Below, one piece after another: positions 43,614 to 49,639 of a DNA stretch of 49,639 nt. The notes under the pieces were generated by a model that did not search any database, was not told the origin of the DNA, and saw only the letters and a program-made list of their open reading frames with translations. Made by a program: the position numbers and the translations under genes. Numbering within the stretch: position 1 is the stretch's first letter; the number at the start of each line of letters is the position of its first letter. The stretch comes from Candidatus Thalassarchaeaceae archaeon (GTDB taxonomy: Archaea; Thermoplasmatota; Poseidoniia; MGIII; CG-Epi1), in assembly GCA_963578705.1 (NCBI GenBank), contig CAUZDT010000003.1, forward strand, positions 1 to 49,639. The letters run 5' to 3'.

Positions 43614-46600
43614 TCAGCGCCGCAGCCTGAGTGTGAAATAGGCGATAGTCAGCAGCAACGTCGCGACCACGAAAGCCATCATCCACGGGAAGTCCTCCGC
43701 CTCTTCCGCGGCCGCCTCGACTGTCAGCGATAGCGGCTTCGCGTTGTTGGTCTCGTCCTGCTCGCTGAAGAGCTCCTCCGGGTCGACCTCGACACGGAAG
43801 CTGTGGATGCCTTCGCTGGCGACCCAGGTCGCCTCGACCATCGACTCGCCTTCGCCGTCGAAGGCGGCGCTGGTCATCTCAAACAGCTCGTCGTCAAGGT
43901 AGAAGCCGACCTGCGGGAATTGCTCGCCCGAGCCGGCGACGGTGTTGGCGACGGTCGCCTGTAGCGTCACCTCGGTCCCGGGCTCGATGTTGTCGGGTGC
44001 CCAGGTCACTTCGCTGATGCTGAAGTCGGGCGGCGGCCGCTCTGTTGGCGTCACTTCCAGCGCGAAATCGAAGCTGACGTCGTCGTAGAGCTCCTGCCCC
44101 TCCCAGAAGAAGCGGACGTTGAAGTTGCGGTAGACGCCGGGAATAACACCATCGTCCGGCGCGATGTCAAGCACCAGCTCGCGGCTCTCGCCCGGCGGTA
44201 CTTCCACGTCAGGCGCCCGGAATATGGCTGTCCAGTTCTCCCCGTCGCCCGTCACCTCGGTCTGGAAGGTTGTGGTGCGGTGGCCGGTCCCGGTGAAGTT
44301 GAAGGTGAAGTTCACAGCCTGCCCGACGGCGGTTGGCGCCGTGAGCCGGTCGACCGTGACATCGGCGCCACGTAGCAGCTGCCGCTCCAGCTTGAGGGTG
44401 GTCGCGCTGCCGTCGTCGGCCAGCGCCAGCGCGATGGCCTCGTCGAGCACGAAGATGCGGTCTGGCGAGCCGTCGAGGACTTCCAGCAGTGCCGTGAGGT
44501 TGTATTCGCCCGGTGGCAGGATGGTTGTGACTACCCCGTCCGCAGGCGCGAGGTGCAGCAGCAGCTCGTCGCCGGCGCGGAAGCGCACGTCATCGAAGTC
44601 CACCAGGCTGCCGTCGTCGCTGGCGACGAAGTGCCATTCGTATTCTACCCCGCGCTCGAGTGACAGGTTGTAGTCGCGCGAGCCGTTGAAGTCCAGCGAT
44701 TCAATTAGCGTGTAGGCGGTGCCGTTGCCGGAGAAGGCGCGCAGCAGGTAGCCGTCCGGTTTGAGGTAAATCAGGAAGTTGCCATTGGCGTCAGTCTCCA
44801 GCGATTCCAGCACCGACTCGCCGGCACCCTGCCGGAGTTCGACCGTCGCGCCCGTCAGCAGCTCGTCGCCGTCCGGGGTCCCGTCGAAGTTGCGGTCGTA
44901 GAAGACGCTGCCCTGGAAGCGCGCCTTCCAAGTCGCGGGGTAGTCGAAGAACTGGTGGCCGTCGCCGGGGCGCAGCCGCAGCGTACGCTCGAGGTAGAAC
45001 TGGTCGCCGCCGCCGTTGAGGTGGTCGTCGACGCTGACGTCGTAGCGTGCCGGGACCATCTCTGGCAGCTCGATGGTGCCGTTGGCGTCGCTGGTCCACG
45101 TTTGCGACCAGCCCCCTTCGCGGCTGAAGGTCGCTTCGACCCCCACCAGCGGCTGCGGTATCCCGTCGGCGTCGCGGTAGGTCAGGTTGAGTGTCAGCGG
45201 CAGTGTTTCGGGAATCATGTCGACGTTGAAGTAGGAGCTGCCGGCAACCTCGACCGGCGCGTTGTAGGGCTGGAATCCCGGCAGGACAATCTCGAGCTGG
45301 TAACTGCCCGGCTGCAGGTCGAACGGTCCGTAGTCGCCGTCGACGCCGTTGCTGCTGGCAATCGCAGTTCCCAGCTCAGAAATGAACATCAGCGTCACGT
45401 CTTCGTCGACCAGTTCGCCGGTCGGCTCCGAAATCAGCGCGCCGTTGATGAAGTGCCCCTGCGCCAGCGCCAGGTCGTGGAGCAGCACTGGCATCGTCAG
45501 GTCGAGCGTCGAAAGGTGACTGTAGTGCGAGCCGGCGTTCGCGCCCTCGAAAGTGACCCAGTATTCGCCCGGCGGGAGCCAGCCGTGGTAGCCGCTGAAG
45601 CGGGTCGAAATCAGCCGCGTCACATCATACGGCGCGCTAGTGCTGGTGAAGAGCACTTTGCCCTCCCTCAGCTCGCCCTGATGGAGCGCGCCGCCCGAGA
45701 CCTGTAGTAGCAGCTCGGTCGCCACCTCGCCCAGCGCGACGGGCGCGCTACCTAGCTCTACAGCGAGCTGGCCGCTGGCGGCGTAGAGTTCCCCCTCCAG
45801 GTCGAGCGTCACCACATAGTAGTAGTCGTGCGGCGGCAGCGTAGCGATGAACTTTCCGTCGGGGCCTGTGCTGAAGTTGAGGTGGTAGCTTTCGGGCCGA
45901 TCGGCGGGGGTGAACGAGATCTGCGCGGATGCCAGTGGTTCGCCGGTGTGGACGACGGTCCCGGTTACCAGAACTGGCGTTCGCAGTAGCTGGAACTGCA
46001 GCTCGCCGGGGTCGAAGTGATCGTAGCGTTCGTCATCGGGCAGCAGCGACTCGTAGCCAGTGAGGTGGATAGCAGGACGGTAGTTCCCGGCGGGCAATGG
46101 CAGCATGGCCCCCATCTCGTCGGTCCAGGCATGGAGCAGGCCGGAAGGTGCCTCGAGCGAGAAGACGCCGCCCACCGGTAGCTCCTCGCCCAGGTGCTCC
46201 TCGGTCAGGATTACGAACAGCTCGTGCCCTACCGAGAGTGGCAAGTCGGCCTCAAGGGTGCCATACTCGAGCTGCATGCGCTTGAGCCCCGCCAGTATTC
46301 CCTCGGCTTCGGCGAAGTAGGCGTAAGCAGTATAGTCTCCCGGTGGCAACAACGCTTCGAAGTCGCCTCGTGGGCCACTCATCAATGTCAGCCGACCGTT
46401 GGCCGAATCCAGCCATACCTCGGCGCCACCGACATCGCGCTCGTTCGACCCCGGCTCGAATACCCCATCCCCATCCAGATCCTCGAAGAGTTTGCCGGTG
46501 ATGGTCCCGGCCGGCTGCATAATTGCCATCAGCTCCTCTGCGCTACCGGGCTCAACGCGCGCCAGCCAGGCCGCGTCCGCGTCAGTGTGCAGTGCGTAGA

Positions 46601-49600
46601 AGTCATAGGTGCCGTCGGGCAGGATGGTTGTGAAGTGTCCCTGCGCATCAGTCTCTACCTCCTCCGAATGGAGCTGCCCCAGATGGGTAATAGAGATCTG
46701 TGTCTCCGGAACCGGGTCGCCACGCCAAGTGAGGGTGCCGCTGACGCGCGCGCCGGTGGTGAGTGTAGTGTTATGGTGGCTCTCCTTGCCTGCGGCGAGG
46801 CTGAAGGTAGCGGTGTTGTTGGACCAGTCACTGAATTGGTCATCCTCCTCCAACCGCAGCGTATAGTTGCCCGGCAGCAGATTGTCGAAGCGGAAGCCAG
46901 TCTGCGCCTCGCGCCGCAGTAAGGTAGAGTTAGTATGGTCAAAGAGCGTAATCGTAAGTGGCTGCGGCGTCAGCTCGATGGAGCGGCCGAGCAGCCCCAG
47001 TACCGTGGAACCGATGACCGCGCCGTCAATCTCCAGCGACTGGTCTGCCCGCAGGCCGGCGTCGCCCTCGTAGTTCGCCAGCTCCAGTTCGTGGCCGTTC
47101 AGGTCGGCCGTGACGCGGTATTCGCCCGGCGCGATAGCGTCGAAGGCGAAGCTGCCGTCGGCGCCGCTGTCTACGCTGAACTCGCGCCCCGTTACAGTCT
47201 GGGTTGCTGTAACTGGAATCCCGGCAATCGGTTCGCGTTCGCCGGCGTCCCAGTAGAGTTCGCCGCTGAGGCTGGCCGCCTCGACCTCGATGTCGACGCG
47301 GATTTCTGGCTGCGTGGCGCGGGTCGCCTGCGCCTCCGAAATCAGGATGCCATTTTCGCTGGCGAGGATGTTATTGGAAGTAAGGCGCAGCCACTCGATA
47401 TCGGAGCCGAACTCGCCCATCGAGACTGTCAGTGTGTGGTTGCCGGCCGGCGCGACAATGCTGTAGCGCCCCTGCGCGTCGGTGGTCACCGAGTCGTGCG
47501 GCGTGCTGTATTCGTCGAGGAGCGTGACGGTCGCGTTCGGGACCGGCGCCCCCTCCTCGGTCTGGACGACGCCGTTGATGGTCGCGCCGTCGTAGTATTT
47601 CAGGATGCGCAGGCCGTTGTTGGCGTACGCCAGCTTGAAGTGTTTCAGCCCCCAGCCGGGGAGCGGCGGCAGGCTGGTGTCGTCGCCGATTTCGCCGCTG
47701 ATGCCGGGGATGCCGTCGCTCGCCTCACGGCCGATGTCGGGCCCGGACCAACCGATGAAGGCGCGGTAGAACATGCTGTCGAGGAAGCGCTGCTTGTATT
47801 CCAGCGTCTGCGAAGTCACGCTCAGGCTGGGGTCGTTCCGCAGCAGCTCGTCCGCCTCTTCGTAACTCACGGTCTGGCCGTTGGAGAGCATCAGGCTCAC
47901 CGCGACGAAGTCGTTCAGCTCGTAGTCCGCCAGCGTCACCGGCGCGTAGAGGATGCCGGTGTTTTCGGCCGAGTAGGGCATCAGCCGCGTGTCAGCGCCG
48001 AAGTAGCGTATCGAGTGGCCGGTCGCCTGCTCGATGTCGTAGATTGCGTCAGCCAGCTCGGCAAGGCTAGCGGACGCCAGGATGGGCCGTCCGGCGCGAA
48101 TCGCCGCGTTGCGCTTGTTGATATCCTCGCCCTCCGGCACCTGTTCGCCGGGGTTGGCGATGATGCGTTCGAGCGCCGTGACGTTATCCTCGGAATAATA
48201 GGCAAGCATGATTTCGCGAATTCCCGGCGAGAAGCGGTCGCTCTCGCGGTCCACTTCGGGCTCGACGAGGCGGTAGAGCAGCAGCGCCATCGCGTCCTGC
48301 TCTCCCTGGGCGGTGATGAAATTGCCCGCCAGCTGGTAACCGAACTGGAAGTTGTCCGCCACGGTCGGGTGTTCGCCGATATCAATCGCCCAGAAGCCGT
48401 AGTCCCACCAGGAGATGAAGCCGGGCCGCTTTTCCTGCGGTAATTCGGTGTCCTGCTCCGCCAGCCATTCCAGCCCGTCTATCCAGTAGCTGGCGGGGAA
48501 AGAGGGGCCGGTGACGCCCATGTACCAGAGCTGGCTGGTCGCCGTGCGGTTATACATGCCGGTAACGCCGTCCGGGTAGAGCGAGGCGTTGTTGCGCTGG
48601 TCATACTCGTACTCGTCAGGCCGTAGCAGCGAGTAGCGCAGGAAATCGTAGACGCCGGTGTCGTGGTCCTTCTTGTCCTCGTAGGGGACCGCGGCGTCGT
48701 AGCCGTAGAAGGCGTTGGGCAGCAGCAGCATCCCGACCACGACAAACGCGATGGCGGGCCGCTTGATTTCGAAGGCGCGGCGCAGGCCGCTGAGCCGGTC
48801 GCGCAGGCTGTACTGGTCTTCGCCAGCCGCCATGTGGCCGATGGAGAGCATCAGCGCCAGCAGCAGGATTCCGACGAGGAAGCCGGCCAGCAGGCCGACG
48901 GTGAAGATGGTCAGGAAGCCGACCAGCAGCGACCCGAGCGCGAGGAACAGGATGGTCGGCCCATGGCGCCCCCAGTAGTGGCGCCACGCCTCGAGGACGT
49001 CGCCGAAGCCAGCGCGCTCAATCAGCAGCCAGGTGACCCAGCCCGAGAGCAGCGCCATCACAGGAGTGGCGTTGAAGATGAAACGAATCGCGGACTGCGC
49101 CATGTAGAGCGCGACGGCCGCCCAGATCAGGATGAAGAGGTAGTCTTTCTTCCAGAGCCGGTTGGCGAAAAGCTGCCACGCCATCCAGATGAGTCCGAAG
49201 AAACCGAACCAGACCGAGACGAGGCCGAAAGAGAATACGAAGTTCGCGAAGGTCGGTGGTTGCGCCTCGGCAATCGTGTCGAATAGCTTGGTCCGTACGA
49301 AGTAGCCCTGCCCGCTGAAGAGTAGGAAGCCAAGGTCGACGAAGACGTAAGTGAGCAGCAGGTACCCGATGGCGGCGACCGCCGCGGTGCCGCCCAGCAC
49401 CAGCAGCCACGGCAGGTCGCGCGTCGGCACCAGCAGTGCCGAGGCGCCGATGAAGGCGAGCAGGATGTAGGCGGGCGCGTCCCACCACGGGCTGATGAAG
49501 CCCATGGTTGAGTAATACGGAAAAGAGAGCAGGACCGGTAGTGAAAGCGTCACCACCCCCAGTATTGCTGCGGTAAGGCTGTCAACCCTCCGGAATGCAT

Positions 49601-49639
49601 TGATAACCATCTGGGAAACCAGGTAGATGGCGATAATCA
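43614..49639 (-). CDS. aglB: AglB/STT3 oligosaccharyltransferase with very large C-terminal extracellular extension (5' end outside window)
   Basis: TIAE motif, SWWDYG, ADNFQ; then repeated carboxypeptidase-regulatory/SdrD-B-like modules, CARDB and a terminal TM-RLRR; frame open to the window edge. Confidence 0.92.
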   Translation of the reverse strand, partial: IIAIYLVSQMVINAFRRVDSLTAAILGVVTLSLPVLLSFPYYSTMGFISPWWDAPAYILLAFIGASALLVPTRDLPWLLVLGGTAAVAAIGYLLLTYVFVDLGFLLFSGQGYFVRTKLFDTIAEAQPPTFANFVFSFGLVSVWFGFFGLIWMAWQLFANRLWKKDYLFILIWAAVALYMAQSAIRFIFNATPVMALLSGWVTWLLIERAGFGDVLEAWRHYWGRHGPTILFLALGSLLVGFLTIFTVGLLAGFLVGILLLALMLSIGHMAAGEDQYSLRDRLSGLRRAFEIKRPAIAFVVVGMLLLPNAFYGYDAAVPYEDKKDHDTGVYDFLRYSLLRPDEYEYDQRNNASLYPDGVTGMYNRTATSQLWYMGVTGPSFPASYWIDGLEWLAEQDTELPQEKRPGFISWWDYGFWAIDIGEHPTVADNFQFGYQLAGNFITAQGEQDAMALLLYRLVEPEVDRESDRFSPGIREIMLAYYSEDNVTALERIIANPGEQVPEGEDINKRNAAIRAGRPILASASLAELADAIYDIEQATGHSIRYFGADTRLMPYSAENTGILYAPVTLADYELNDFVAVSLMLSNGQTVSYEEADELLRNDPSLSVTSQTLEYKQRFLDSMFYRAFIGWSGPDIGREASDGIPGISGEIGDDTSLPPLPGWGLKHFKLAYANNGLRILKYYDGATINGVVQTEEGAPVPNATVTLLDEYSTPHDSVTTDAQGRYSIVAPAGNHTLTVSMGEFGSDIEWLRLTSNNILASENGILISEAQATRATQPEIRVDIEVEAASLSGELYWDAGEREPIAGIPVTATQTVTGREFSVDSGADGSFAFDAIAPGEYRVTADLNGHELELANYEGDAGLRADQSLEIDGAVIGSTVLGLLGRSIELTPQPLTITLFDHTNSTLLRREAQTGFRFDNLLPGNYTLRLEEDDQFSDWSNNTATFSLAAGKESHHNTTLTTGARVSGTLTWRGDPVPETQISITHLGQLHSEEVETDAQGHFTTILPDGTYDFYALHTDADAAWLARVEPGSAEELMAIMQPAGTITGKLFEDLDGDGVFEPGSNERDVGGAEVWLDSANGRLTLMSGPRGDFEALLPPGDYTAYAYFAEAEGILAGLKRMQLEYGTLEADLPLSVGHELFVILTEEHLGEELPVGGVFSLEAPSGLLHAWTDEMGAMLPLPAGNYRPAIHLTGYESLLPDDERYDHFDPGELQFQLLRTPVLVTGTVVHTGEPLASAQISFTPADRPESYHLNFSTGPDGKFIATLPPHDYYYVVTLDLEGELYAASGQLAVELGSAPVALGEVATELLLQVSGGALHQGELREGKVLFTSTSAPYDVTRLISTRFSGYHGWLPPGEYWVTFEGANAGSHYSHLSTLDLTMPVLLHDLALAQGHFINGALISEPTGELVDEDVTLMFISELGTAIASSNGVDGDYGPFDLQPGSYQLEIVLPGFQPYNAPVEVAGSSYFNVDMIPETLPLTLNLTYRDADGIPQPLVGVEATFSREGGWSQTWTSDANGTIELPEMVPARYDVSVDDHLNGGGDQFYLERTLRLRPGDGHQFFDYPATWKARFQGSVFYDRNFDGTPDGDELLTGATVELRQGAGESVLESLETDANGNFLIYLKPDGYLLRAFSGNGTAYTLIESLDFNGSRDYNLSLERGVEYEWHFVASDDGSLVDFDDVRFRAGDELLLHLAPADGVVTTILPPGEYNLTALLEVLDGSPDRIFVLDEAIALALADDGSATTLKLERQLLRGADVTVDRLTAPTAVGQAVNFTFNFTGTGHRTTTFQTEVTGDGENWTAIFRAPDVEVPPGESRELVLDIAPDDGVIPGVYRNFNVRFFWEGQELYDDVSFDFALEVTPTERPPPDFSISEVTWAPDNIEPGTEVTLQATVANTVAGSGEQFPQVGFYLDDELFEMTSAAFDGEGESMVEATWVASEGIHSFRVEVDPEELFSEQDETNNAKPLSLTVEAAAEEAEDFPWMMAFVVATLLLTIAYFTLRLRR

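Noticed and set aside
43393-43686. 97-aa minus-strand ORF upstream of thyA
   Set aside because: Overlaps the aglB end and the thyA promoter; the plus-strand 42-aa ORF has better signals

Overview
GC-rich archaeal chromosome segment. TBP, aIF-5A, AglB, an archaeosortase and TATA-type promoters mark it as archaeal; the gene content is most consistent with a marine Thermoplasmatota lineage (MG-II/MG-III-like), which is an inference. It carries five tRNA genes (Ala-GGC, Ser-GCT, Arg-TCT, Pro-CGG, Leu-CAA, all with encoded CCA) and housekeeping genes (metG, rdgB, queD, tbp, aIF-5A, speB, alkA, pdxT, purL/S/C, thyA, folA). It also has a fatty-acid beta-oxidation operon with a divergent TrmB-family regulator, phospholipid head-group genes, and a concentration of cell-surface machinery. 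The main finding is one 513-aa ORF (33144-34685) that fuses archaeosortase A in frame to phosphatidylserine/archaetidylserine decarboxylase (PssD) and is translationally coupled to pssA. This looks like a self-contained module that makes the ethanolamine lipid and attaches it to cleaved surface proteins. Nearby are two giant (2.2-2.4 kaa) secreted proteins with variant PGF-CTERM-like tails, a Zn-ribbon rhomboid protease, and a >2,000-aa AglB oligosaccharyltransferase with a large extracellular extension. No CRISPR array, rRNA or transposase was seen. All calls come from reading motifs by eye; no database search was run.
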